In this document: piece by piece, positions 8,700-18,612 of the stretch | How positions within the stretch are numbered: the first letter of the stretch is position 1 | How the letters are laid out: every line of letters starts with the position of its first letter | From: a virus | Lineage: Duplodnaviria; Caudoviricetes | DNA: 32,104 bases | Virus record (IMG/VR): IMGVR_UViG_3300022862_000019 | Coordinates: 1-32,104 of that record | Strand: one strand, 5' to 3' | The notes under the pieces: model-generated | What the model saw: only the letters and a program-made list of their open reading frames with translations | Database searches by the model: none | What the model was told of the DNA's origin: nothing | Program-made: the position numbers and the translations under genes

Positions 8700-9596
8700 T
8701 TACTTAAAATAAAAAGGAAAATCAAAACTGATTGAAGTGATGGTGCCACCACTAATCGAGAATTGATTATCCCCTCTTTTTAGCGATATTAATTTTTTAT
8801 TAGTTTGACCTGTAACTTGTTGGCCGTTTTTCAAATAGCTCACACCATCGAGTACAAATGTGTCGTATTCAGAAAGAGCTCCATTGTATCGAAATACATC
8901 TCCTGTTGTAAGGTTCTCTATTTGTACGTAACTAGCAAATGAACCTTTTAACGCGATTCTAAATGGCATATAACGTGGATTGATTGTAACTTGACCATAA
9001 TTCTTTACCATAAAATTGTTACTTACAAAAGTAAACTGTGGTGAATCATCATCCCAATCAAAGCCTAATCCCCAAGCAATTTGATCTAAGTCCCACTCTT
9101 TATTAAGTAGCTCCATCGATGTAAAGGGCGTTTCACCATAAGGTAAATCACTTGTCTCAAACTCAATAACTCGCTTACCTTTTAGCCCTTTCCACTCGAT
9201 AGCATCGTTATTAATACGTTCTACTTTCCATCGCTTGTACATCATTGGCGTCCACTCAACAGCATCTAATGCGCCAGTAAACGATGATTGCCCTGGCATT
9301 TCAAAACCATAACTATTCGTCATTAATTGCTGGTAAATATAGAATTCTTCATCTCCATCAAGAATGTCAGCCAGTTGATCCATTAAAAGATCTGTATCTG
9401 TAATGTCTTTGGCTTGCAGTATCATCGTTAACTGTAGCTTTCGCACACCATGATAACGTTCCGTTCTATTTCTACCTGGCCGACCTTTAATGTTCTCTGA
9501 ATTATAGACAATATCAATTGGTGCAACTTTCAAGATAGGAACGCCATAATCGGTTAAATTATGACGTACACCATCCATTGTCTCTAAAATAGCCAT
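8700..9596 (-). CDS. Distal tail protein (Dit, Sipho_tail family)
   Basis: Directly after the TMP; 'LISLKRGDNQFSISG...FDFPFYFK' C-terminus. Confidence 0.85.
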   Translation of the reverse strand: MAILETMDGVRHNLTDYGVPILKVAPIDIVYNSENIKGRPGRNRTERYHGVRKLQLTMILQAKDITDTDLLMDQLADILDGDEEFYIYQQLMTNSYGFEMPGQSSFTGALDAVEWTPMMYKRWKVERINNDAIEWKGLKGKRVIEFETSDLPYGETPFTSMELLNKEWDLDQIAWGLGFDWDDDSPQFTFVSNNFMVKNYGQVTINPRYMPFRIALKGSFASYVQIENLTTGDVFRYNGALSEYDTFVLDGVSYLKNGQQVTGQTNKKLISLKRGDNQFSISGGTITSISFDFPFYFK

Positions 9597-9603
9597 TATG
9601 ACA

Positions 9604-12600
9604 TCATCCTTTCTTGAATGTTTTTAATTGAAGATTTGTAGCACTACGATCATCTAACCAATACTCAACTTCTTCACCGTTCCATTCTTGGTGAATAATC
9701 ACGTCGATTGGCTGTTGCTCATAATCAATATCTTGTACTAAATCTTGATTAATGTATTGTGATGTATCGCTTATAAAATTGTTGCCTGAAAAGGCTGTTT
9801 GCAATGATCCATTTTGTAACCAAGATGCTAAAGAAGCACCTGCGCTTTCCGTAGCACTTTGCATTCGAGCTATTCCATCAATGGCTCCTTGTGCAAAATT
9901 CACTCCGATAAAACGATCTGCCCAGCGACTAGGACTGTGTATATCTAACTCTGTTTGAAGTGTATTTTTCAGGCTATTTGCCATGGATTTAGCAGTTGAT
10001 TTCAACTTACCATCCATCGATTTTAGGCCGTTAATAAGACCTTGAATAGCTTGTACTCCTATGTCAGGTAACGAGGCAGACATAAGATTAAATTCATCTT
10101 CTGCACCATAGCGTAATTCCCTAACTTGCTTTTCGAACGTCTTTTGAAGCTTTTTCAGTTCTTCTTCAGAGTTGGCATTTAACTTCGCTACTTCTTCCTC
10201 CATAGAGAGTCGTGCTGATTCTAGCTCTTTGGTTGCTTGCTTTTTAGCAAGTTCCGTTTTCGTTTGCCATAACATTTGATACTCATTTAACTCACTAGCT
10301 GTCATTCTTGTTAGTGCCGCAATTTCAGCTGCAGATTTCGCACCCATTTGTTGCAGTTCACCAATTAATGCCGCATCAAGACCTCTAGCTTCAAGCTCAA
10401 ACAAATCGTTCATCCATCCGCGCATTGTATCAACTTGACCACGTAAATTACCCAATAGATCAACATCAGTCATGTCAGTAAGTGAAACTTTATCGAAAAG
10501 GCCCCAAGTATTTTTCAATGTTTCAACCCTTGCATCATACGTTTGTTGCCATTCGTCACGTAATCGCTTTTCTTCATTTACTAGATTATCGTAGACAGTT
10601 TGAACTTTGGATAAGTAGTCATCAGATAAAGACTTCATGCGATCATACAACTCTTTTTTCGCATCATAAATCTTTTCTTCATAAGCAATTTGCTGTTCAC
10701 TACCTAAGGCATATTGTTTCATATACTGCTCATATGCTTGGATTCTATCTGTAAATGAGAGAGCGTTATACTTAGTAGCTTCATCGATAAACTTGATTTC
10801 GCGATCATACTGCTCTTTTAGCACTTGTTGATAAGCACCTTGGGCATTTTCTAACGCTTTCCGTTTAGCAGCTGTACCATCTTTCAGATGCTTCGCAACA
10901 TCTTCCCAGTAAACTTTTTCATAGGTAGCACTAATGTTGTACCATTTCTTCTGATCACTAAGCAGTTTTTCAAACTCATCGTATCGAGTAGCTGCATGCG
11001 CTTTGGCATACTTCTTACTAATGTCATTTATTTGTTTTAACAGACCTTCGGATGCTTTAACGGTACTGCTGAAATCTGGAACAATCGCATTGGCCATTTC
11101 TTGGGTTGCAGATTTTGCAATGTTGATATTATCAAGGATACCTTTCGCAACACCTGCTGGAATCCACTTAGCAATCGCGGCCATGACTCTTGAAGGAGAG
11201 TGGATACCAAGTTTTTTCTTCAACCAATCAGGAATTAAATCAGCAATTCCTGCGGCTGCCTTTTTCACACTATCCCACATTGAAGTAATACCTTTAATCA
11301 AGCCGTTTACAATATCAACTCCCACTTGCCAAACAGAGTCAATAATGGAAGAGAAGGTTTCAACAATTGTTGATCCAATCGATGCAGCTGTTTCAAGTAT
11401 GATATCCCAGGCTTTTTCCCAATCGCCTTGCAAGATTGCCATACCAGCCTCTTGAATTCCGATAATTAAATCGATTCCTGCCTCTATAATGCCAGAGATT
11501 ATGGACCACGCAATTTTAAATGCCCCAGAAATTAATGCCCAACCAACACTTATCGTTGTCAACGCCATATCCATCATTAATGATAGCCCTGTAGTGACAA
11601 AAATACCTATGGCAGAAACAACTTCCATGATTTGATCGCCGTGTTCTTCCCAAAACTTTTTGAGTTTATCAAGTTGTTTTTTACCGAAGTCCACAATGGT
11701 TGTAAAAGCCTCTGAGACATCTTTAGCGATTTTTCCGTATACTTCTTTAGTTCGAGTAGCTATTTTATTCCAGGCTTCATTAACAAAGTCACGGAACCAC
11801 TCTACTTTGTTATAGGCGACAACTAAAATTGCAACAAATGCAACTATTGCAGCTACTACCAAACCAACAGGAGTAACTAACCACTGCATTACTTTCCACA
11901 ATTTAGTAAGGACATCCCAAACAGGTTCTACTACACCTTTGACTTTACCAATCACATCTGAAAAATCTTTAATACTTGGAAGAATTCGAAGTACTGCTCC
12001 AGCTAAGTTACCAAAGATTGATACAACAGAAATAACAACAGGTACTAAAGCAGAAATGACTCCAAGCACAACAGGTAATGCTGCTATCAACATAGCTGCT
12101 GTTTCGTTTGTTTGTAATAAGTTATTAAACCATTCTAAAAAGGCATTGGCCACATTTAAAACAGCTGCACCGATTGGAGCAAAGGCAATGCCTAAATTAA
12201 TTATTAAATCCCATAGATTGCCTAATAATGCTAATACAGCTGGCGTAGATTCCTGGATAAAGTTTAAAAATTGTTGGAATTGCTGATTTTCTCCTAGTGT
12301 TTCAGCCCACGCTCTAAAGCTCTCCATCATCCCTGCAAGACTTGTCATGAAGCTACCACCCATGTCAGCAAAGGCTGCGAAGAATGCTACAATTCCCATC
12401 GTTAAATCTGCAAAAATAGATGAAATAACAGGCATGTATGTCTGAACATAATCTATGAACGTCTTAAAACTTTCAGATTCACTTAAACCATCTGCCCAGG
12501 ATGCAAAGGATTGCATCATTCCATTGAAGTTTTTAGACCATGCTTCAGCTGCAGGTGCAAGAGCAGCAATTAAACTACCAAGCCCAGCTATCAGATGACC

Positions 12601-13746
12601 GATACCTGCAACTATATTTTCGAAGATCGATGCACCATATTTATTGAACGTATCGAAAATCTTTTGAATCGGTTGACTGTTGATAGATTTATCAAAAGCT
12701 TGCATCATTTTAGCTGCACTTTGTGCCACAGATTCAATCATCGGTGATAACGATTTAAGTATCTTTTGAGCACCTTGCATAGCTGATGTGAAGCCTTGTA
12801 AAATAGGTTTTTCAGTTGCTTTGACTATATCATCATAGGTATCTTTAAAAGCGTCCCATGAAGCTTTAGCTCGCTGTTGTTCAGCGTTTAATTTTGCAGT
12901 TTCATCAAAAAGGTCTTTAATAGTAGGAATGGCTACTGCAGCTAATCCTACAAAACCTAACGCTGCTATCCCTAGCGCACTAGCCATAATTAACAGTTGA
13001 CCAGCTAACACGCCAATCATGACACCCAACGAGCCAATCAGACCAACAAGCACTGATAAAAATTGTGATAGTGCTGGCACTAAGGATAATAAAGCTCCGC
13101 CTATCATTTGTTGCCCTGCCTCTGCAAATGCTCGAACAGTAGTAGCGTAGGATTCCATAGCATTTGTATAGTCAGCCCAAATTTTTATAATGATATTTCT
13201 ACGATCTAATTTATTCGCCTGTTGGTTGACTATTGCAGCACCAGTCATGAAATTGCTGATATCTGCCCTAATATCTACTGTTACATCTCGTATAGTAGTA
13301 AGCAAAGCTTCGATTGTTGCTAAATCAGCTACAGCTCCGTTGCTGTGCATATTTAAATCAACATCAACTTCGACTGATTGTCTGCTTAAAGCTTCTAACT
13401 CAGCTTGAATCATTAGGATTTGTGAATAAAACACATCCATATCAAGTGTTACTTTAATTTTAATAGACTCACCGTCTAAATCTTGCGCTAGTGCTCTGAC
13501 TTGCAAGATGTCACGCATAAAGTCAGTGAGCATCGCTTCAATCTCAACAGTCGCTTCAGTTGCATCTAATTTTTGTAATTGTGCTTGTACTTGCTGCACT
13601 TTCTGCATAAACTCATTGATTGACGCATTGATTTCTACAGATACACCCGTAGCTAGTTCATGCATTTGCCTATCTACCTCGGCCATTTTACGTTTAAACC
13701 TCTGTATATCTGCATCAACTTCTGCTTTAAAGCGCTCAACAGGCAT
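9604..13746 (-). CDS. Tape measure protein
   Basis: 1380 aa, helical with W/F-spaced repeats, TM segments, two 'IHSPSR' motifs. Confidence 0.93.
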   Translation of the reverse strand: MPVERFKAEVDADIQRFKRKMAEVDRQMHELATGVSVEINASINEFMQKVQQVQAQLQKLDATEATVEIEAMLTDFMRDILQVRALAQDLDGESIKIKVTLDMDVFYSQILMIQAELEALSRQSVEVDVDLNMHSNGAVADLATIEALLTTIRDVTVDIRADISNFMTGAAIVNQQANKLDRRNIIIKIWADYTNAMESYATTVRAFAEAGQQMIGGALLSLVPALSQFLSVLVGLIGSLGVMIGVLAGQLLIMASALGIAALGFVGLAAVAIPTIKDLFDETAKLNAEQQRAKASWDAFKDTYDDIVKATEKPILQGFTSAMQGAQKILKSLSPMIESVAQSAAKMMQAFDKSINSQPIQKIFDTFNKYGASIFENIVAGIGHLIAGLGSLIAALAPAAEAWSKNFNGMMQSFASWADGLSESESFKTFIDYVQTYMPVISSIFADLTMGIVAFFAAFADMGGSFMTSLAGMMESFRAWAETLGENQQFQQFLNFIQESTPAVLALLGNLWDLIINLGIAFAPIGAAVLNVANAFLEWFNNLLQTNETAAMLIAALPVVLGVISALVPVVISVVSIFGNLAGAVLRILPSIKDFSDVIGKVKGVVEPVWDVLTKLWKVMQWLVTPVGLVVAAIVAFVAILVVAYNKVEWFRDFVNEAWNKIATRTKEVYGKIAKDVSEAFTTIVDFGKKQLDKLKKFWEEHGDQIMEVVSAIGIFVTTGLSLMMDMALTTISVGWALISGAFKIAWSIISGIIEAGIDLIIGIQEAGMAILQGDWEKAWDIILETAASIGSTIVETFSSIIDSVWQVGVDIVNGLIKGITSMWDSVKKAAAGIADLIPDWLKKKLGIHSPSRVMAAIAKWIPAGVAKGILDNINIAKSATQEMANAIVPDFSSTVKASEGLLKQINDISKKYAKAHAATRYDEFEKLLSDQKKWYNISATYEKVYWEDVAKHLKDGTAAKRKALENAQGAYQQVLKEQYDREIKFIDEATKYNALSFTDRIQAYEQYMKQYALGSEQQIAYEEKIYDAKKELYDRMKSLSDDYLSKVQTVYDNLVNEEKRLRDEWQQTYDARVETLKNTWGLFDKVSLTDMTDVDLLGNLRGQVDTMRGWMNDLFELEARGLDAALIGELQQMGAKSAAEIAALTRMTASELNEYQMLWQTKTELAKKQATKELESARLSMEEEVAKLNANSEEELKKLQKTFEKQVRELRYGAEDEFNLMSASLPDIGVQAIQGLINGLKSMDGKLKSTAKSMANSLKNTLQTELDIHSPSRWADRFIGVNFAQGAIDGIARMQSATESAGASLASWLQNGSLQTAFSGNNFISDTSQYINQDLVQDIDYEQQPIDVIIHQEWNGEEVEYWLDDRSATNLQLKTFKKG

Positions 13747-13759
13747 ATACTCACCACCT

Positions 13760-14059
13760 TTATGATTTCTTCTCTGCTGGCTGCCAATTAAATGTTTTTA
13801 ATTCTTCGCGCATTTGATTGTAATTCGTGAAATCTAGTTCAATTTGTTTCGTATTATTAGTACCTAAAAGTATTTCTTTACGAGCTTTTTCTGCATCGAA
13901 ATATTTCTTAGGAGGTGGCTCTTTTCGAGATCTTTTTTGCTTAGAAACAATGCCAGCTATCCAAGCACTCTGTACTTGACGTTCAAATTGATCGATATTC
14001 GCCAACTGTGAACCTTGTAAGAAATTTCGGTACTCCCTAGGTGTCCATGAGTAAATCAA
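13760..14059 (-). CDS. Tail assembly chaperone, second (frameshift-extension) part
   Basis: Frame stays open upstream into the 3' end of 14116-14619 (-1 frame); no good SD; 'IYSWTPREY' motif. Confidence 0.7.
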   Translation of the reverse strand: MIYSWTPREYRNFLQGSQLANIDQFERQVQSAWIAGIVSKQKRSRKEPPPKKYFDAEKARKEILLGTNNTKQIELDFTNYNQMREELKTFNWQPAEKKS

Positions 14060-14115
14060 TTTAATATCATAGACACCTAAAAACCTAGCGCAATTTCTTT
14101 CTACATCGTCATACG

Positions 14116-14619
14116 TTAAGCCTTCGTTTTTTCCTCGAATAGTTCTTGACCAGTGATCTCCTTGTAGCCCTCGGCTAGTCGTTTCGTCATCATGTCTGCT
14201 CTCTGAGACTCTTCCTCGTCTTTGTGTTTCATTTCTTTTACGAGCAGCATATTCTTCTTGAATTTCGCAAACTCGTTTCGAGAAAAAGCTGATTCATCAA
14301 TAGCGTTAAACACTTCTGTAAATAGCGCTGTTGCATCACCTTCTTCATCCATCCGTTGGTCAATAGCTGTTAAAATTTCATCTTGAGTTGGTGGTTTTTT
14401 TGTTGTTAACTTAATAGCCGATTCCCATAGATATAAAAGTCCTTCGACATCTTGTTCAATAAGTAACGGTAGTAATTTTGAAAAACCACCTGAAACCTTT
14501 TCCTTTTGCGAAACCTTCTCTTCGGATTGTGAATCTGGGATTACTTTGTTTAGCACTTTATCCAGCATAATTGAACACTTTAATTCGTACGTTTCGTCTT
14601 TAATTGTTAATTCAGGCAT
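14116..14619 (-). CDS. Tail assembly chaperone
   Basis: Lies between the MTP and TMP; GGAAAAAAC run just before the stop. Confidence 0.8.
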   Translation of the reverse strand: MPELTIKDETYELKCSIMLDKVLNKVIPDSQSEEKVSQKEKVSGGFSKLLPLLIEQDVEGLLYLWESAIKLTTKKPPTQDEILTAIDQRMDEEGDATALFTEVFNAIDESAFSRNEFAKFKKNMLLVKEMKHKDEEESQRADMMTKRLAEGYKEITGQELFEEKTKA

Positions 14620-14653
14620 TTTTATTCCTTCTTTCGTTTAGTTTTGGTCATAA

Positions 14654-14680
14654 GAAAAAGACGAACCTAAGTCCGTCTTT
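14654..14680 (-). terminator. Intrinsic terminator after the major tail gene
   Basis: AAAGACG...CGTCTTT stem with a U tract on the minus strand. Confidence 0.6.
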
Positions 14681-14682
14681 AA

Positions 14683-15435
14683 TTAAGCAACTTCTACTGC
14701 TACCGTATCAGTAATTGTAGAGTTATCTTTAGATGTCACTGTAATTGTTGCAGTACCAGCTGCTACAGCTGTAACTAAACCGTTAGGTGATACAGTAGCA
14801 ACAGAGGCGTTAGATGAAGTGTATACCACACTTTGGTTTGAAGCATCCACTGGTGTGATCTCTACGCTTAATTGCTGTTTATCTGTAGGTGTTAAAGAGA
14901 GTGTTTCAGGTGTTACTGTAATTCCTGTCACCTTTGTACTGTTGACGATGTTTTTGGAATCGCCAGTAGTGTCACCTGGCTTCTGGAATCCATATTTCGC
15001 AAAGTTAATAAGCCCTGGTGGTAAATCCATAAAGGCACCTTCTGCCGATTCAATTTGTATCGTCATAGATGCAGATAACTCTTCTAACCCTTCAACTGGA
15101 CTAGTAGTTTCAAATGAATCAACTACAGCATAAGCAAATTTTGCATCATGTGTACCCTCATCATTTTTCTCTGTGTCTACTTCCCAAACCTTTAACTCTT
15201 TACCATCCTTAATTGCACGGTAGATGGCTTTTTGTCCTGCATCACCCTTACGGCCATACATGGATAGTTCCATATTTTCTGTTAACGCACCGATTGCTGA
15301 GATAGAGCCCATCTTTGTTGCTTCAGTAGAATTGTCACGCTCTAAACTGTGCGTATAATCTGTCTGGAAGCCTGGTACTAATCCATCAGCACCTAAAACA
15401 TTGTCGGTAGGTTGTACCAAAATAATTTTTACCAT
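14683..15435 (-). CDS. Major tail protein (TP901-1-like) with C-terminal Ig-like (Big_2) domain
   Basis: 'FQTDYTHSLER..TEATKMG' N-terminal domain; 'VTGITVTP...VVYTSSNASVATVSPNGLVTAVAAGTATITV'. Confidence 0.9.
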   Translation of the reverse strand: MVKIILVQPTDNVLGADGLVPGFQTDYTHSLERDNSTEATKMGSISAIGALTENMELSMYGRKGDAGQKAIYRAIKDGKELKVWEVDTEKNDEGTHDAKFAYAVVDSFETTSPVEGLEELSASMTIQIESAEGAFMDLPPGLINFAKYGFQKPGDTTGDSKNIVNSTKVTGITVTPETLSLTPTDKQQLSVEITPVDASNQSVVYTSSNASVATVSPNGLVTAVAAGTATITVTSKDNSTITDTVAVEVA

Positions 15436-15446
15436 TGTAGATCCTC

Positions 15447-15866
15447 CTACTTTGTTTTTAATAGTTTGTATTTATAAGTGATCACGCCATGCTTTTGTAC
15501 ATTGTCAATGTCATCAAAGACACGTGGCTCTCTTGGTGTCACTTGCATAATTTCATAAGAAGGCAATTCAATTCTGTACTTTAGAGCCTCATGAACAGCA
15601 TTTAAGATTTCATAAACTTTTGCATTGCCATACTCGCCACTTGTTTCTTGATTGTGATATACATGTATGGCTATCGTTTCTTCAGCAATATCCTCAATCC
15701 TCACTTCCTGGTCTATATTCAATAACGGTTCACCAAGATAAACATAAGGAAATGGTGTATCTTCAGTCACATGATCATAGACACCTGTGACAAAATTTAA
15801 AAGCGATGCATCATTGGCTAACCTTTGATACACCGCAGTTTGCAATTCTAAAAATGGTAGTGCCAT
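15447..15866 (-). CDS. Tail terminator/completion protein (DUF3168-like)
   Basis: 'ELQTAVYQRL...GVYDHV...FPYV.LG' motif and synteny. Confidence 0.85.
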   Translation of the reverse strand: MALPFLELQTAVYQRLANDASLLNFVTGVYDHVTEDTPFPYVYLGEPLLNIDQEVRIEDIAEETIAIHVYHNQETSGEYGNAKVYEILNAVHEALKYRIELPSYEIMQVTPREPRVFDDIDNVQKHGVITYKYKLLKTK

Positions 15867-15870
15867 ATTG

Positions 15871-16299
15871 TCACTTCCCTAGCTTTCTAAATTCTTTAAT
15901 AAAATAATCTGCTGCTTCATCTACAGCCTGTTCCCAGAAGAACTGAGCTCGTTGTCCATGAGTCAGTACGAAACGGCCCCAGCGTGTATTGAAGTACACC
16001 CAAGGGATTTTCTTTGCTCTACTTCCTCCTGGTCCTTGTGCGTAGATTCCTGTTCCGTAGTTTACGTAGATTGCGTAAAAGGCTCCAATTTCTAGTTTTG
16101 CACCATACCCATCGGCATCGAATGTTACACTGATAGAATCTGTCATCTCGCCTGTTTCATGAGGCATTCTAGCTTTCAACTCTTTTTCTAATAACAGAGT
16201 TGTGTTTCTAATAATGCGTTTTATTTCTTCAATGATGTCGTCTTGCCACTTTTTAAGAGCTCGTTCTACACGTTTGTTTCCTCGCTTTGTGATACCCAT
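15871..16299 (-). CDS. HK97 gp10-family neck protein
   Basis: 'P.ETG.M.DSI', 'YAIYVNYGTG', 'THGQRAQ.F' motifs. Confidence 0.88.
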   Translation of the reverse strand: MGITKRGNKRVERALKKWQDDIIEEIKRIIRNTTLLLEKELKARMPHETGEMTDSISVTFDADGYGAKLEIGAFYAIYVNYGTGIYAQGPGGSRAKKIPWVYFNTRWGRFVLTHGQRAQFFWEQAVDEAADYFIKEFRKLGK

Positions 16300-16628
16300 T
16301 ATTGCACCTTCTTTAACGGCAAACGCATTTTTTCATGCATGCCACCTTGGTCCTCTGCATCACCTGCAGCTGTGTACTCGACACCTTCAAACTCAATTCT
16401 TGCTGTTAGTGGAATTGAATCTTCATAAGGATAGTAAATGTCTCGATGGAATGACTCTACAAGTTGCTTCATTTCTACTTTTCTCGATGTTGAAGGGGTA
16501 TCCATGAAGCAGTCTAGTTCTCCGATTTCAACCCATTTTACAGTAGTACCTCCTGAACCATTAGATACAGACTGTTTTTCTTTTATTTTCACAGTATGAG
16601 GGAACTCATCCATAGGGTCGAAAAACAT
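16299..16628 (-). CDS. Head closure/stopper protein (SPP1 gp16-like)
   Basis: 'DEFPHTV....SNGSGG...W' and 'EDQGG.HE' motifs; synteny. Confidence 0.8.
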   Translation of the reverse strand: MFFDPMDEFPHTVKIKEKQSVSNGSGGTTVKWVEIGELDCFMDTPSTSRKVEMKQLVESFHRDIYYPYEDSIPLTARIEFEGVEYTAAGDAEDQGGMHEKMRLPLKKVQ

Positions 16629-16941
16629 GGAATCTCGCCTTTCTATACCGTTTTAATAAATCCGTAATAGCTACAGGCATATCATTAAAATCAAATGAGT
16701 AAGAAACAGATCCCATTTTTCGTGACTTTAATCCACTGGCACCGCTGAAAAATGGTACTGCTTTAGCCAAAAATAATTTGACATTTGGTGGCATGTTTTC
16801 AGGTGTGAAACATGTATTATAATCCTCATTCACTTTATCAAGCAACACCGGTAACATAGCTTTGTAGTAATCAACATTTGGCTTTTTAACTTGGCCTAAT
16901 GTTGCATAATATTTCACACCATCATCAGTGACATCCCACAT
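16606..16941 (-). CDS. Head-tail adaptor (SPP1 gp15-like)
   Basis: 'GLKSRKMGSVSYSF...L..YRK' motif; synteny. Confidence 0.8.
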   Translation of the reverse strand: MWDVTDDGVKYYATLGQVKKPNVDYYKAMLPVLLDKVNEDYNTCFTPENMPPNVKLFLAKAVPFFSGASGLKSRKMGSVSYSFDFNDMPVAITDLLKRYRKARFHVFRPYG

Positions 16942-16943
16942 AA

Positions 16944-17135
16944 CTATTCACCATCTTTCGTGCCTGCAACTTTAGTTGTCCTTGAAGTCTTTTTAAGTTC
17001 TTCTACAGCACCTGCAAGACCTTTTTCTTTTAATTCCTCAAGTAAATCATTGTCAACGTTCACAAGCTCACCTGTTTTATAGGGTTTACCATGAACTTTT
17101 GCATTTTTTAATAACTTTACTGAGTAATTCATCAA
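16944..17135 (-). CDS. Small head-associated hypothetical protein
   Basis: 63 aa with SD AGGAGAGG after the MCP terminator. Confidence 0.65.
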   Translation of the reverse strand: MMNYSVKLLKNAKVHGKPYKTGELVNVDNDLLEELKEKGLAGAVEELKKTSRTTKVAGTKDGE

Positions 17136-17158
17136 TACCTCTCCTTTCTGAGAAATAT

Positions 17159-17186
17159 AAAAAAGCGACTAATGATCAAGTCGCTT
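17159..17186 (-). terminator. Intrinsic terminator after the major capsid gene
   Basis: AAGCGACT...AGTCGCTT plus T tract on the minus strand. Confidence 0.75.
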
Positions 17187-17188
17187 GA

Positions 17189-18226
17189 TTATAAAACAGT
17201 TGCAATAAACACTTTATCTGCAACAGGGAATGATGGTAGTACGATTTCAGAAACAATCGTTTGAACATTCACTGGATGCTCTTGTTTTACAGTTGTGATA
17301 GCTACTCCAGTATTCACGATTTCAACATTAGCTTTTGTAGCACCTGTCATTAAATCTGATTCTTCCGGTGTAGTGCCATACACTGTATTGCCTAGCGTTC
17401 CTGTTGGTGGAATTAATGTGAACACACCATCTGGAACAAATTTTTGTTCAGAGCCAGTTTCATCGATAAACGTTTCATCATAAATTGCAACACTTAGTTT
17501 TAACTTGCGCTGTAAATAATTTTTAACATCATCGTTTGTTAAGATGATGCTTGTAGCTCCTAATGGATTAAGGTCTTTTCGAATAGACTCATGAGCAGCT
17601 AAATGTGCAAACGTTGCACTATTCACAATAGCACGTGCTCCATTTGCTAGTTTTACAGCTTGCATCCAACGCATGATATCCTGAATTGGAGTTGAGTTAG
17701 GATCTGACCATACGTCTGTTCCTGTTAGCACTTCAAATTGTGATGGATCAAATTCATAATCATAATCGTATTGAGCACCTTCAGCACCGCTGTCAATAGA
17801 AATTTTGCCTGTTGTTAGCAGTTGCATACGCATACGTTCAGCAGTAGCATTTGCCCCATCAACAAGTGCTTTCTGGTCGTCATACACATGCTTTAACACT
17901 GCCTCAGCCAATTGAGTTTGACCACCAGCTAATAGAGTGTTGACTTGTTGACGTTCCTTCTCCTTCACATTCATTTGTTCTCGGAAGAAAGGCATTTCTG
18001 TTTCGATTTTTTGAACGCCAATACGTGGACGAACAGGTGCGTTAGCATCGAACGCTGCTGCTTTTAAAACTACTGGTGCACCATGACGGCCCTTTAAATA
18101 AGATAATTCTAGTCCTAGTTGTTTATCATTCGGAAACAAAGACGCTCCTAAATAAACCTTTTGATCGGAATTTTCAATGTAATCCTTAGTATTTTTCGCT
18201 GTTACTAAATCAAAAATAGTTGGCAT
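17189..18226 (-). CDS. Major capsid protein (phage capsid E family)
   Basis: 345 aa; 'LFP..K..GL', 'ERMRMQLL.TGKI', 'LG.T.YGTTPEE.DL' motifs; follows scaffold and decoration genes. Confidence 0.92.
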   Translation of the reverse strand: MPTIFDLVTAKNTKDYIENSDQKVYLGASLFPNDKQLGLELSYLKGRHGAPVVLKAAAFDANAPVRPRIGVQKIETEMPFFREQMNVKEKERQQVNTLLAGGQTQLAEAVLKHVYDDQKALVDGANATAERMRMQLLTTGKISIDSGAEGAQYDYDYEFDPSQFEVLTGTDVWSDPNSTPIQDIMRWMQAVKLANGARAIVNSATFAHLAAHESIRKDLNPLGATSIILTNDDVKNYLQRKLKLSVAIYDETFIDETGSEQKFVPDGVFTLIPPTGTLGNTVYGTTPEESDLMTGATKANVEIVNTGVAITTVKQEHPVNVQTIVSEIVLPSFPVADKVFIATVL

Positions 18227-18240
18227 ACTTTAAACCTCCA

Positions 18241-18597
18241 TTATTTTAAGAATGTAATTTGTTTTAACGCTGTAATAGCAGCTGCATCAGGTGCCTCTAG
18301 TAATCGGTTTAAATCAACAAAACCGTGAATAACTGCTGCTCCGTTAGCTGGCCCAAACGTTACATCTACGTCATAACGTAGAACTCCTTCAGCTGAAGCG
18401 CTATTTGCTTTCGTTGCCTTAACACTTCGATTATTTAGAAACCCACCACCAACAATCGTACCTGCAGGAACAATTTTCTTTCCTTCTGCATTCGCTGTAA
18501 CGCCTGTGTCATCTACATACACTGATACAGATACATGATGTTCAGGAAATTTTAAAATTTCAGTAGGTGTTGTGTATTCTGTCTTTTTAAATTTCAT
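18241..18597 (-). CDS. Head decoration protein
   Basis: 'GKKIVPAGT', 'GVLRYDVDVT.G....A.IHGFV' between scaffold and MCP. Confidence 0.78.
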   Translation of the reverse strand: MKFKKTEYTTPTEILKFPEHHVSVSVYVDDTGVTANAEGKKIVPAGTIVGGGFLNNRSVKATKANSASAEGVLRYDVDVTFGPANGAAVIHGFVDLNRLLEAPDAAAITALKQITFLK

Positions 18598-18612
18598 AAT
18601 TGCTTATCCTCC

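Noticed and set aside
9752-13765. Plus-strand ORFs inside the TMP, and similar ones inside the portal, terL, helicase and primase genes
   Set aside because: Antisense or alternate-frame shadows of well-supported genes; no SD or motifs.
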